Shown here piece after piece: positions 1-10,210 of a stretch of DNA of 64,000 nt; positions within the stretch are counted from its first letter, which is position 1, and every line of letters starts with the position of its first letter. Source of the stretch: a virus. Both the position numbers and the translations under genes were made by a program. The stretch spans positions 1 to 64,000 of the IMG/VR virus record IMGVR_UViG_3300042937_000216. The stretch is one strand, 5' to 3'. Under the pieces are notes generated by a model, which made no database searches, was not told the origin of the DNA, and saw only the letters and a program-made list of their open reading frames with translations.

Positions 1-1761
1 GATGCGGTGTACAGCAACGCCGCAGTTCAATCAGGTGCCATTGCCAACGCAACAACAGCTATCACCACTGCTAACACAGCAATGAAAGGCTATGTCGACG
101 GGCAACTGTCGACAGCCAATACCGCAATGAAAGGATATGTTGACGCTATCAATTCTACCTTAACTGCCAATGCTAGTTTACAAGCAGGTAATATTGCGAC
201 TATACAAAGTAGCTATGCGCAATTAGTAGGAGCATCATTTAGTGGCGCAATATCCGCACCAAGTTTAACACTATCAACTACAGCATTGGCTATATCATCC
301 GGTGGTACAGGAGCAACAAGTTCAAGCGAAGCGTTAAACAATCTATTCCCAAGCGGTGAAACTAGCGGTTACGTATTAAAAACGTCAGGACCTGGAAGCT
401 ATTACTGGGCCGCCAGCGATACAGGTTCGAGCGGAGCAGTAGGCACTATAATCAGCACTAGTCGTGTTTATAAAACAGCCACTTCAGGACAAACAGTATT
501 TACAGGACTAGGTACCTTTACACCAGGTACCGGGCAACTGCGTATATACATCAACGGTGTCAGGCAGTTCGATAGTGCCTACACAGAAACTAATAGTTCG
601 GCTATTACATTGGCGGCTAGTGTAAGTTCAGGCACAGTGATATTAGCCGAAATTGATGCTTACACCGATTACAATGCCTATGCTAACATAACCTACAGTA
701 GTCCAGTTGGCACAATTAGTGCTACTAATGTACAAGATGCTCTGGCAGAATTGGACACAGAAAAAGCCGCATTGAGTGGAGCAACATTTACAGGTAATAT
801 TAGTGTACCCTATATTACAGGTGCTACAACCGTTACTGGTAATTTAACTGTGGGCGGCAATTTAAATGTATTGGGTAATGTAACATCATTTAATAGTAAT
901 AATGTAACTATACAAGATGCCTTAATTTATCTAGCTGATGCTAATGGCGCAGACGTACTTGACATAGGATTTGTGAGTTCATTCACTAACGGCGGCTATC
1001 AACATACAGGATTGGCACGTGATGCTACTGATGGCACATGGAAATTATTTGCCAATGTAGTAGCTGAACCAACAACTACCATTGACTTTACTAATGCTAC
1101 CTACAGTAATTTAAAAATAGGACAATTAACTTCAACTGGAGTAACAGCAACAGGGCCAGCAACTGTAGGTAACCTAACTGCTAATAATACTAGTATCACA
1201 GGTACAATGACCCAGGATGGTGTTGTTGGCGGTATTGTGCCAGTAGGTGGCATTATTATGTGGAGCGGAAATATCGCTTCAATACCAACAAGATGGGCAC
1301 TGTGTAACGGTAGTAACGGAACACCAGACCTACGTGATAGATTTATTGTTGGAGCAGGTAGTACGTATGCTCCTGGCGCTACAGGCGGTAGTAAAGATGC
1401 TATAGTAGTAAGCCACTCGCACTCTGCTTCGTCAACATTTAGTGGCAGTCCTTTAGGATCACATTCACACTCGGCTACTTCGACTGTAACTGACCCCGGC
1501 CACGTTCACAACGTAACTAGTATGTCAAATGGCGAAACTGGCACCGCTAAATTTGTAAATGGTAATGACGGCACCGCACCTTCTGGAGTAACTGTTCCGT
1601 CTGCCACTACTGGAATTACGGTAGGAACGTCGATATCATCTGAATCGGCAGGTACCCCAAGTGGCTCAGTAAGCACAACAGTGAATACAGAAGGGTCAAG
1701 TGGTACCAATGCTAACTTGCCACCATACTATGCTCTAGCATACATTATGAGGATTAGTTAA
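1..1761 (+). CDS. Tail fibre / short-tail-fibre-like protein with C-terminal tail-collar domain (5' truncated by window)
   Basis: Frame open from base 1. Thr/Gly/Ser/Ala-rich with ANTAMKGYVD repeats. Collar motif IVPVGGIIMWSG..WALCNGSNGTPDLRDRFIVGAG and T4 gp10/gp12-type C-terminus NLPPYYALAYIMR. Confidence 0.8.
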   Translation, partial: DAVYSNAAVQSGAIANATTAITTANTAMKGYVDGQLSTANTAMKGYVDAINSTLTANASLQAGNIATIQSSYAQLVGASFSGAISAPSLTLSTTALAISSGGTGATSSSEALNNLFPSGETSGYVLKTSGPGSYYWAASDTGSSGAVGTIISTSRVYKTATSGQTVFTGLGTFTPGTGQLRIYINGVRQFDSAYTETNSSAITLAASVSSGTVILAEIDAYTDYNAYANITYSSPVGTISATNVQDALAELDTEKAALSGATFTGNISVPYITGATTVTGNLTVGGNLNVLGNVTSFNSNNVTIQDALIYLADANGADVLDIGFVSSFTNGGYQHTGLARDATDGTWKLFANVVAEPTTTIDFTNATYSNLKIGQLTSTGVTATGPATVGNLTANNTSITGTMTQDGVVGGIVPVGGIIMWSGNIASIPTRWALCNGSNGTPDLRDRFIVGAGSTYAPGATGGSKDAIVVSHSHSASSTFSGSPLGSHSHSATSTVTDPGHVHNVTSMSNGETGTAKFVNGNDGTAPSGVTVPSATTGITVGTSISSESAGTPSGSVSTTVNTEGSSGTNANLPPYYALAYIMRIS

Positions 1762-2582
1762 TGTCATTAACACAGGTAACACCAGACGTACTACATAATA
1801 TACAAAGTAATGTTACTCAAGTAGGTACTTTGGTTAGTCTAACGGTTACTGGTAATATATCATCAGGTAATGTAACTGCTACAAATTTTACAGGAACCGC
1901 TAGTCTGGCAAACAATGCCAGCTTCCTTGGCGGAACGCCAGCTGCTAATTATGCTCTTGGGTCAGCAGTTACTACAGCCAACACTGCTATGAAGGGGTAC
2001 GTTGATGCGATAAACACGACACTAACATCAAATGCCGCAGTACAATCAGGTGCTATTACTACTGCTAACACTGCTATGAAAGGGTACGTTGATGCGATAA
2101 ACACGACACTAACATCAAATGCCGCAGTACAAGCTGGTGCTATTGCTACACTAACAGCCAACGCTGCAGTACAGGCAGGGGAGCTAGCAACCATTCAAGC
2201 AGGCGCAATTGCCAAAGGATATATAAGTTTTAGACCATCAGATGGTGCTGTGTTTGCGTCAAAAAATCTGTCTGTATCTAAAATAGCCGCTGGTAATTTT
2301 ACAATAACACTAGCTGCAGGAATTCAAAACGGTACAGTAAATTATGCGCCGATGGTAACTGCTATTAGTAGAGGGCATGTAGTTTCTTCAGCGTTTACAA
2401 CCCTAAATTTAGAAGTATACGGAGTTGGTATATTTTCTATCACAAGTTCAAACTTTACTGTTCTAGCTAATAGTAATTACAATACCGGCTTGTTCTATGC
2501 TGGTGGTAATGATGGTAACGAAGCACAACAATTTGCAGCGGCCTTGTTTGACCCAGAACGTATAACAGTTGTTGTATTTTAA
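1761..2582 (+). CDS. Small tail-fibre-like virion protein
   Basis: Shares ANTAMKGYVDA repeat with the upstream fibre; start overlaps the upstream stop (TAATG). Confidence 0.6.
   Translation: MSLTQVTPDVLHNIQSNVTQVGTLVSLTVTGNISSGNVTATNFTGTASLANNASFLGGTPAANYALGSAVTTANTAMKGYVDAINTTLTSNAAVQSGAITTANTAMKGYVDAINTTLTSNAAVQAGAIATLTANAAVQAGELATIQAGAIAKGYISFRPSDGAVFASKNLSVSKIAAGNFTITLAAGIQNGTVNYAPMVTAISRGHVVSSAFTTLNLEVYGVGIFSITSSNFTVLANSNYNTGLFYAGGNDGNEAQQFAAALFDPERITVVVF
1971..2132 (+). repeat. Near-perfect 87-nt tandem repeat (29-aa TTANTAMKGYVDAINTTLTSNAAVQ unit)
   Basis: Copies start at 1971 and 2058 and differ at only a few synonymous positions. Confidence 0.85.
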
Positions 2583-2599
2583 AAGGTAGCAGATTAACA

Positions 2600-3094
2600 A
2601 TGCAAAAAATTATATTTTTTACTCCATTGGTAGAAACCGGAAAACTAGCTACAATTATTTCTAATGACTCGGTCAGTGAGCTAAAAGAACAGGGAATTAT
2701 TCCTAGTAACTCGGCAACCTTAATTAAAGATTATGATGAATCGGATCTTGATTTACGATATTCAATTTACCATGTTGATTTTTTTACATTCAACGATGCT
2801 ACAAATCCAACAGATATTGTTTTTAATAAAGAATTATTTGATATATATGTTCTTGATGTATTTAGACAAAAAAGAAACGAAGTATTTAAAATTTTAGATT
2901 CTCTTCAAACTAGGGCGATGCTAGCAAATAAATCAGAAGTAATCGCAGAAATTGAAGCAGATAAAACAGTATTACGAGATACCCCCGATAATATTGATTG
3001 GTCAAATAAACTAACAGTAAAAGATTTTTATTCTAATATGCCTATTGAACTAACTATTGATTATATGGCCAAATATGAATCAAAACTTAAATGA
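2600..3094 (+). CDS. Putative tail-fibre assembly chaperone
   Basis: Follows the fibre genes. C-terminal RQKRNE..D..EIEADKTVLRDTP resembles Tfa/gp38-type chaperones. Confidence 0.45.
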   Translation: MQKIIFFTPLVETGKLATIISNDSVSELKEQGIIPSNSATLIKDYDESDLDLRYSIYHVDFFTFNDATNPTDIVFNKELFDIYVLDVFRQKRNEVFKILDSLQTRAMLANKSEVIAEIEADKTVLRDTPDNIDWSNKLTVKDFYSNMPIELTIDYMAKYESKLK

Positions 3095-3602
3095 AATTCA
3101 ATCTATAATTGAAAAGAATATTCCATTAATTAAATATCATGCTTGGCTTAAAAATGATAAACCAAAAATTGATGGAAAACATTATGTATCGGAAGAATAC
3201 TTAGATTCGCTTGACAATAAAGACGCAGCAATTGGCAAGTATAGATACACGTTTGATTTTGCTGATTTAAAAATAGCAGACAAATTATACTCGTATGTTG
3301 AAAAAATGTTTCCGGGTTATAAACCATTGGTGTCCGGGCATTGGTATTACCCAAATGGTGGTTACATGAGTTGGCATACAAATTCAGATAAACCAGAAAA
3401 ACGTGTTTATATTACATACGTAGACGAACCCAATAAATCATTTTTTAGATCGTCTGTAAATAATAAAATAACAACTGATTGGGATTCTGAAAAGTTAACC
3501 GTAAGAGTATTTGATGTAGTAAGTACAGAGCCGTATTATTGGCACTGTGTTTATAGCGAATGTAATAGATACAGTTTTGGCTTTAGGTTATTTGAAAAAT
3601 GA
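3075..3602 (+). CDS. 2OG-Fe(II) oxygenase / double-stranded beta-helix protein
   Basis: YYPNGGYMSWHTN...WHCV...RYS motif layout; ATG at 3075. Confidence 0.55.
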   Translation: MNQNLNEIQSIIEKNIPLIKYHAWLKNDKPKIDGKHYVSEEYLDSLDNKDAAIGKYRYTFDFADLKIADKLYSYVEKMFPGYKPLVSGHWYYPNGGYMSWHTNSDKPEKRVYITYVDEPNKSFFRSSVNNKITTDWDSEKLTVRVFDVVSTEPYYWHCVYSECNRYSFGFRLFEK

Positions 3603-3955
3603 TTCATTTAATGGAAGATGAGTGGCAAATACAGGGTATAGGCCGGTCACAGATTATAACTGCTAATTTATATCCATTTATTAAATATAAAAAAATGAAT
3701 CCTGTTGAATTACACATTGACGAATTTGCCCACAAACCCCTAGATACTATTGAAATTGATCACCCTAGATATAAACTAGCAGATGTTATCTATCCGCTGT
3801 TTGCTGTTGACGGGATGCCTAATCCATATAATAAAAAATATAGAATGATAGATGGCAGACATAGACTACTAAAACAAATTAATTCAGGTAAAAGTGTATT
3901 TTTATTCTATGTGTTTGATTATCATACTATTAAACACTATATTCACCGATGTTAA
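3599..3955 (+). CDS. ParB/sulfiredoxin-like N-terminal domain protein
   Basis: YRMIDGRHRL motif. Confidence 0.6.
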   Translation: MIHLMEDEWQIQGIGRSQIITANLYPFIKYKKMNPVELHIDEFAHKPLDTIEIDHPRYKLADVIYPLFAVDGMPNPYNKKYRMIDGRHRLLKQINSGKSVFLFYVFDYHTIKHYIHRC

Positions 3956-4072
3956 CCAAACTCAAAAACTTCTCTCTCAGCTAAATACATTAAACACACT
4001 GTCTGCTCAGGGGATATGGAACCGCAAGCACACATACAGTTATAAAATAATATTGCGGAGTATTAACCTGAG

Positions 4073-7000
4073 ATGTCAAACTTAACCAGAATTAAGAATA
4101 ATCAGATTACGGATTCAACAATCCTTGCTAACACCAAGATTGTTCCGGGATCTATAGTAGGTAGCTTATTTAATGCTAACCTAACAATGACCAGTGATGT
4201 TACTATTACTGGTAACTTGACAGTACAGGGGTCAAGTACATACCTAACAGTAGCTAGTACTAATACCTACGTAAACGATCCGTTGATCGTTATGAACAAT
4301 GCCTACGCAGGCACTAATTTATATGACATTGGTCTATTGTTCAATCGTGGTAGTGACACTAACCAAGCATTTATCTGGGACGAAACAGAAGACGAATTCC
4401 GCTTAATAGGCACAGGTGAAACAGGCACTACTTACGGTAATGTAACAGCCAGCAGTTTTGCTAACCTACACATTGGTAATATTACTGTTGATTATATTGC
4501 TTCTGTTGGTACATTAAATTTAACCAATGCTACACTAACAGGTGATCTAGCAGTCAACGGTGGTGACATTACTACCACTGCTAGTACATTTAATCTAATA
4601 AACACAGATGCTACTACAGTAAACTTTGCTGGTGCCGCAACCAGTGTAGTAGCAGGTGCCACCACTGGTACATTCAATCTACGTAATGCTAACATTTATC
4701 TACCCAATGCCACTACATTGTACAGTGGTCAATCAACGTTATCGTTGGCAAACGAAAATGTAACAACATTAAACTTTGCTGGAGCAGCCACAGCATTAAC
4801 ATTAGGTGCTACATCAGGCACAGCAACTATTCGCAATGCTAACGTAGCGTTTCCAAATGCTACTACATTCTTTACTAGTCAAGCAACGATTTCGTTATTT
4901 GATGCTAATGCTACGACTGTAGACGCATTTAAAGCAGCCACCGACATAGAGATTGGCGCTACCAGCGGTACATTTAAAATTAACAACACCGCACTTGTAG
5001 GTAGCCAATCTACACAAGATGTGTTTAACACAGCTGCTACAACTGTAAACGCATTTGGTGCAGCAACTACAGCTAACATTGGCGCGGGCAGCGGCACAAT
5101 TACAATTAACAACCCGACATTAGTCGGACAACAAACAACACAAAACTTATACAACACAGTAGCAACCACAATGAATTTTGCTGGTGCTGCAACAAGTGTT
5201 AATATTGGTGCTGCAAGCGGTACAACAAACATTAAAAACAATGTTGATGTTGACCTAACATTAAATGCTCGTGATATTAACAGCACCGTAATTGGTAATG
5301 TAACTCCAGCAACCGGTAAGTTTACTAATATCTACAATACAGCATTAACCGAAACACGTGTTACATTTGTCGGAACTGCTAATGTAATTACTGACAGCGC
5401 AAACTTAACGTTTGTTACAGACACCTTAACTATTAGAAATTTAAGCGTTGATGGCGACACCAATACAATTGCTACATCATCGGGTAACATTAATTTATTG
5501 CCATCAAGTAGTATAGTTGATGTTGGCAGTGCTACATTGGCTAATGTTGCTGACCCAACAGAATTACAAGATGCTGTAACTTTAAACTATTTAAATACAC
5601 AAATTTCAAGTGCTGTTACCAACATTCAAGACGATGACAGTGATATTACTATTACTGATACTGGATCAGCCGCCGGCCAAATTACAGGTAATGTTGATGC
5701 TGTAAGATTTATTACAGTTAACGCTAATACCACGGCATTCTATGGTGACAGTAGTGCTGCTATTGTCTACATTGATGAATTAAACTCAAACGTGGGTATC
5801 AATGGTACTGCCCATATAGGTGACGATTTAACAGTAGCCGCCGGCGGGATTGTATACGTTAAAGACACAACAGAGGCTACCGCAGTAAATAGTGGAGCAT
5901 TACAAGTAACTGGTGGTGCTAGTGTTGCTGGCAACTTATATGTTGGTAGTAACAATTCTGTTGCTGGCAACATAGAAATTACAGCGTCTACACCAAGTAC
6001 ATCAACATCAACTGGTGCCTTACGTGTAAGCGGCGGCGCAGGTATCGCAGGTAATGTATGGATTGGTGCTAACTTAACGGTAACTGGTGATTTAACTGTT
6101 CAAGGTAACGTTGTTTCGTTAAATACATCAACTTTAGATGTTGAAGATTTAAACATCACAGTAGCCAAAGGTGCTGCTGATAGTGCAGCGGCAGACGGTG
6201 CAGGTTTAACAGTTGATGGCGCCGGCGCAACTATCTTATACACACATGCTACAACAAGTTGGAACATTAATAAGACACTAATAGGCATAGATGCTACACT
6301 GTCTGGCGATCTAGCAGTTAACGGTGGTGACTTAACTACTACAGCGGCAACATTTAATTTATTAAATGCTAACGCGACCACTGTAGACGCATTTAAAGCT
6401 GCAACTGATTTAGAATTTGGTGCTACTAGTGGTACATTAACAATCAACAACCCAACCGTAGTTGGCTCACAAACAACACAAGCATTGTATAATACAACTG
6501 CTACAACGTTAAACTTTGCTGGTGACGCAACTAGTGTAGTAGCAGGTGCCACTACTGGTACGTTTAATATACGTAACGCAAATGTGTACTTACCAAACGC
6601 TACAACATTATACAGTGGACAATCGACACTTGATATTGCTAATGTAAATGTAACAACATTAAGTATTGGTGGCGCAGCCACTGCTCTTGTTCTTGGAGCA
6701 ACTACAGGTACACTAACATTACGCAATGCCACAGTTACAACACCTGGGCAAATAGTCAGCACACGTGCTGGTAGTGCCACAACTGGCGATGGGCAAATAT
6801 TCCTAAACGGAGCAACAAGCAATCGTATTGACTGGGCGGCTACAGGTACAGGTGCTCCAACATTTACCACAAGAACTGATGGTACTAAAGTAGTTCTTTA
6901 CCCAGCACTAAGTGGTAGCACAGTTGATTACGCTATTGGTATTGACAGCGCAACAATGTGGTCTAGTATTCCAGAAGCTACCAGCGGATTTAACTTTAAA

Positions 7001-9043
7001 TGGTACGGTGCTGAAACACTAGTAGCAAACTTATCAGGTACTGGTAATTTTACTACAGTGGGTGATATAGCAGTTAACGGTGGCGACCTTACAACTACAG
7101 CGGCTACATTTAATTTATTAAACACAGATGCTACTACGTTAAATGTAGGTGGCGCCGCAACTAGTATTGTAGCAGGTGCTACAAGTGGTACGTTTAACAT
7201 ACGTAACGCAAACTTGTACTTGCCAAATGCTTCAACAGTGTTTAGTGGTCAATCAACTGTAGCGTTTATGAACAATGTTCCTACAACTGTTACAGCATGG
7301 GATGCCGCAACAGCGTTAACATTAGGTGACGCAACAGGATACACACGCATAGACAGTGGTAATATCTACTTGCCTAATGCGGCTAACATAGCAAGTACAC
7401 AGGCCACAGTAGCAGTGTTTAATACAGACACCACTACAGTTAATGCGTTTGGTGCTGCAACTAGTGTTGTAGCAGGTGCCGCAAGTGGTACGTTTAATAT
7501 ACGTAACGCAAACTTGTACTTGCCAAACGCAAGTACAATATTCAGCGGTCAATCAACACTTAGCTTTGCTAACACAGTAACTACCACAGCAGATTTGTTA
7601 GGTGATGCTACAAGTATCAGAATTGGTAGTTCAACAAGTGAAGTGATTGCTCGTAGTAATGTAACTGTCGGTAGTCATTTACGTGTTATATCTAATCAAA
7701 ATGCTGACACAGGTGGTAATGCTGCCCTAGTAGTTAATGGCGGAGCATTCATTACAGCTAATATTATTACACCAAGTATTGCTGTAGTTGGCGGAACTAT
7801 TATTACAGGTAGTTTCCCAAGCACTAGTGTAGACAACGGTGCGTTAGTTATTGAAACAGGCGGAGCAGGCATTGACGGAAACATTAACGTTGGTGATGGT
7901 GCGCAGTTTAATATCAACCAATCACTAAATCCATTCCGTGTATATGGTAAATTTGCTAATACATTAATCTACGCCGACAGTGTAACTGATACAGTTACCA
8001 TCGGTGGCAGTAATGTTGCTTCTGTAGCTGGCACAACACTTCGTGTTAACGGCAATGGTGCGATGATTATTCCAATTGGTGCGTCATCTGATCGCCCAGG
8101 AAGTTCAGGCAACGTTGACGTTGATGGTATGATACGTTTAAACAGTACTACAAACGTATTTGAATACTATATCGATGGCGGTTGGCAAACATCACAGGGT
8201 GCGTTTACTGTTATCACCTCTGATAACTTTAACGGCAATGGCGTAGCTAATACGTTTGTGTTGTCAAGCAGTACCACTACAACCGCTACAATGGTTATGA
8301 TCAACGGTGTAGTACAAATTCCTTCTACATCATATAGTATCAGCGGCAATGTGCTAGCATTCACTGAGTCTCCAGAAACAGGTGACGTTATTGATGTTCG
8401 TTCGTTAACCACAACTGTAACGGTTGCTGAGATTGGATCTGGATTTAACAACTTTAAAGCAAACGTTGATTACTTATTCTTAACAACTGGAACATCATCG
8501 GGCGAAACTCGAATGTTAGTAGACACAACAGGTCTTACTACATTTACAGGTGATGTAGAAATCTACGGTAACCTAACTGTTAAAGGTAATAGTGATGGAC
8601 AAATTACTATTGGTGATACTGCTGGCGATAATGTAGCGTTTAACGCAGACGTTAATAGTAGTGTAACACCAAACGTCGATGACACATACAATTTAGGTAG
8701 CGCAACTAAACGTTGGAAAAATGTTTTTGCTGGCAATATCGTACACGATCAAACAGCAATTAATACAAGTTCAACTACTACAGTGATAGATAGTTTTGCG
8801 ACATCAAATTACTCAAGCGCCAAATATATTGTACAGGTTAAAAACGGAGCTAACATTGAGGCAATGGAAGCATTGGTGGTTTCAACTTCGGCCGATGCGT
8901 ATATTACAACATATGGTATTATAAATGCTGGTTACGCAATGGGTTCATTGACTGCTAACGTAGTTAGTGGTAATGTGCGGTTGTATTATACAACAGCATT
9001 GAGTAACAGTAACGTTAAAGTACAAACAACATACATTGTGTAA
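4073..9043 (+). CDS. Large repetitive virion structural protein (fibre/baseplate-associated)
   Basis: 1656 aa, T/A/N/G-rich. Repeats GDLAVNGGDLTTTAATFNL (3x) and ATSVVAGATTGTFNIRNANLYLPNA (4x). Late-promoter-like CTAAATA at about 3981. Confidence 0.7.
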   Translation: MSNLTRIKNNQITDSTILANTKIVPGSIVGSLFNANLTMTSDVTITGNLTVQGSSTYLTVASTNTYVNDPLIVMNNAYAGTNLYDIGLLFNRGSDTNQAFIWDETEDEFRLIGTGETGTTYGNVTASSFANLHIGNITVDYIASVGTLNLTNATLTGDLAVNGGDITTTASTFNLINTDATTVNFAGAATSVVAGATTGTFNLRNANIYLPNATTLYSGQSTLSLANENVTTLNFAGAATALTLGATSGTATIRNANVAFPNATTFFTSQATISLFDANATTVDAFKAATDIEIGATSGTFKINNTALVGSQSTQDVFNTAATTVNAFGAATTANIGAGSGTITINNPTLVGQQTTQNLYNTVATTMNFAGAATSVNIGAASGTTNIKNNVDVDLTLNARDINSTVIGNVTPATGKFTNIYNTALTETRVTFVGTANVITDSANLTFVTDTLTIRNLSVDGDTNTIATSSGNINLLPSSSIVDVGSATLANVADPTELQDAVTLNYLNTQISSAVTNIQDDDSDITITDTGSAAGQITGNVDAVRFITVNANTTAFYGDSSAAIVYIDELNSNVGINGTAHIGDDLTVAAGGIVYVKDTTEATAVNSGALQVTGGASVAGNLYVGSNNSVAGNIEITASTPSTSTSTGALRVSGGAGIAGNVWIGANLTVTGDLTVQGNVVSLNTSTLDVEDLNITVAKGAADSAAADGAGLTVDGAGATILYTHATTSWNINKTLIGIDATLSGDLAVNGGDLTTTAATFNLLNANATTVDAFKAATDLEFGATSGTLTINNPTVVGSQTTQALYNTTATTLNFAGDATSVVAGATTGTFNIRNANVYLPNATTLYSGQSTLDIANVNVTTLSIGGAATALVLGATTGTLTLRNATVTTPGQIVSTRAGSATTGDGQIFLNGATSNRIDWAATGTGAPTFTTRTDGTKVVLYPALSGSTVDYAIGIDSATMWSSIPEATSGFNFKWYGAETLVANLSGTGNFTTVGDIAVNGGDLTTTAATFNLLNTDATTLNVGGAATSIVAGATSGTFNIRNANLYLPNASTVFSGQSTVAFMNNVPTTVTAWDAATALTLGDATGYTRIDSGNIYLPNAANIASTQATVAVFNTDTTTVNAFGAATSVVAGAASGTFNIRNANLYLPNASTIFSGQSTLSFANTVTTTADLLGDATSIRIGSSTSEVIARSNVTVGSHLRVISNQNADTGGNAALVVNGGAFITANIITPSIAVVGGTIITGSFPSTSVDNGALVIETGGAGIDGNINVGDGAQFNINQSLNPFRVYGKFANTLIYADSVTDTVTIGGSNVASVAGTTLRVNGNGAMIIPIGASSDRPGSSGNVDVDGMIRLNSTTNVFEYYIDGGWQTSQGAFTVITSDNFNGNGVANTFVLSSSTTTTATMVMINGVVQIPSTSYSISGNVLAFTESPETGDVIDVRSLTTTVTVAEIGSGFNNFKANVDYLFLTTGTSSGETRMLVDTTGLTTFTGDVEIYGNLTVKGNSDGQITIGDTAGDNVAFNADVNSSVTPNVDDTYNLGSATKRWKNVFAGNIVHDQTAINTSSTTTVIDSFATSNYSSAKYIVQVKNGANIEAMEALVVSTSADAYITTYGIINAGYAMGSLTANVVSGNVRLYYTTALSNSNVKVQTTYIV

Positions 9044-9049
9044 ACATAA

Positions 9050-9787
9050 ATGCTAAAAATTAATAAACTTTATAGAAGAGGGTACACTGGGGAAGAGATT
9101 ATTGCCCAGCGTACTCTTCAAGATGGTAACTGGAATACAGTTACAGAACATGTACCTAATAATGTTACAAATAATCAAATATCAAATCGTGCTGTAGTAT
9201 TTGGCAACGGCGAAAGTCGACTAACATTTAATACCAAACATGTAATGGGTCATAAATCGGGCTTGTTGGGAGCAGACACACTACAAACGTATGCGTGTAA
9301 TGCTTTCTATAGAGACTACACTCCGGACTTTTTGGTGTGCTCGGATCGTAGGGTTGCCCAAGAATTAGTAACAAGCAACTTTACTGCTGATAATGTAGTC
9401 TACACTCGTGTTGATATTATGTTAGAGTTCCCTAATAAGTTTTATCTAATTCCGCACGATATATACGCAGATGCTGGTACTACTGCTTTATATCTAGCTG
9501 CTTTTGATGGTCATAAACGAATCTATATGTTGGGATTTGATGGGCAAGAATCCGCAGTAAGAAACAATAATATATATGCTGATACAAATGGTTATGATGC
9601 TAGGACAGCATCAATATCTGGCAGCAAATGGGAACAAAATCAAAAAAGCATATTTGATGTATACGATGATGTTGACTTTATTCATGTTAGTGAAACAGGT
9701 CGCCATAGAATCCCAGAAAGCTGGAAGTATTGTTCGAATCTCAGACGTATTAGTTATCGTGATATGGTATTAGAAGCGGACCTATAG
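9050..9787 (+). CDS. Maf/DUF115-like (sialyltransferase-like) protein
   Basis: VFGNGES..ACNA..DAGTTALYLA..IYMLGFD motif series. Confidence 0.5.
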   Translation: MLKINKLYRRGYTGEEIIAQRTLQDGNWNTVTEHVPNNVTNNQISNRAVVFGNGESRLTFNTKHVMGHKSGLLGADTLQTYACNAFYRDYTPDFLVCSDRRVAQELVTSNFTADNVVYTRVDIMLEFPNKFYLIPHDIYADAGTTALYLAAFDGHKRIYMLGFDGQESAVRNNNIYADTNGYDARTASISGSKWEQNQKSIFDVYDDVDFIHVSETGRHRIPESWKYCSNLRRISYRDMVLEADL

Positions 9788-10210
9788 TATTGCTTCTAGC
9801 GTTTTAATCTTAGCCGCAACGGCATTAAAATTAATAGTACGCCAAACTCCCGGGTGTAAGGGCTTAGGATGGTCTTCTAACTCAACCCAGCAGTAACCTC
9901 TATGCTCGTTGTTCAACACAGGAACAAATTCGGTATCTACTGGCGCAATAAATGTGTGATATGTAAAGTTACCGTTGTCGCTGGTAAATTTTTCTATAGG
10001 AATAAGTTTTGAGTCTTGAATTGTTCCACCAAGCTCTTCGCGTATCTCTCGCAACAGACTTTCAATTATACGCTCGCCCTGTTCTATCTTTCCACCAACA
10101 ACTCCCCACGTGCCAGAATACTTACTACTGTTACGCAATAGGAATAGATACCGTTTGGTTGTGGTACAATAGATAAAAGCGCCTACACTTTCTAAAGGAC
10201 GAGAGTCCAT
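9782..10210 (-). CDS. Nudix hydrolase
   Basis: Nudix box GGKIEQGERIIESLLREIREELG; probable start at 10210. Confidence 0.85.
   Translation of the reverse strand: MDSRPLESVGAFIYCTTTKRYLFLLRNSSKYSGTWGVVGGKIEQGERIIESLLREIREELGGTIQDSKLIPIEKFTSDNGNFTYHTFIAPVDTEFVPVLNNEHRGYCWVELEDHPKPLHPGVWRTINFNAVAAKIKTLEAIL

Noticed and set aside
1506-8451. Many minus-strand ORFs (e.g. 6100-6870) antisense to the fibre genes
   Set aside because: Shadow frames of repetitive Thr/Ala/Gly codons, with no RBS, promoter or motifs.
1-9043. Diversity-generating retroelement acting on tail fibres
   Set aside because: Repeats are in-frame protein repeats differing at synonymous sites, not adenine-specific, and there is no reverse transcriptase in the window.
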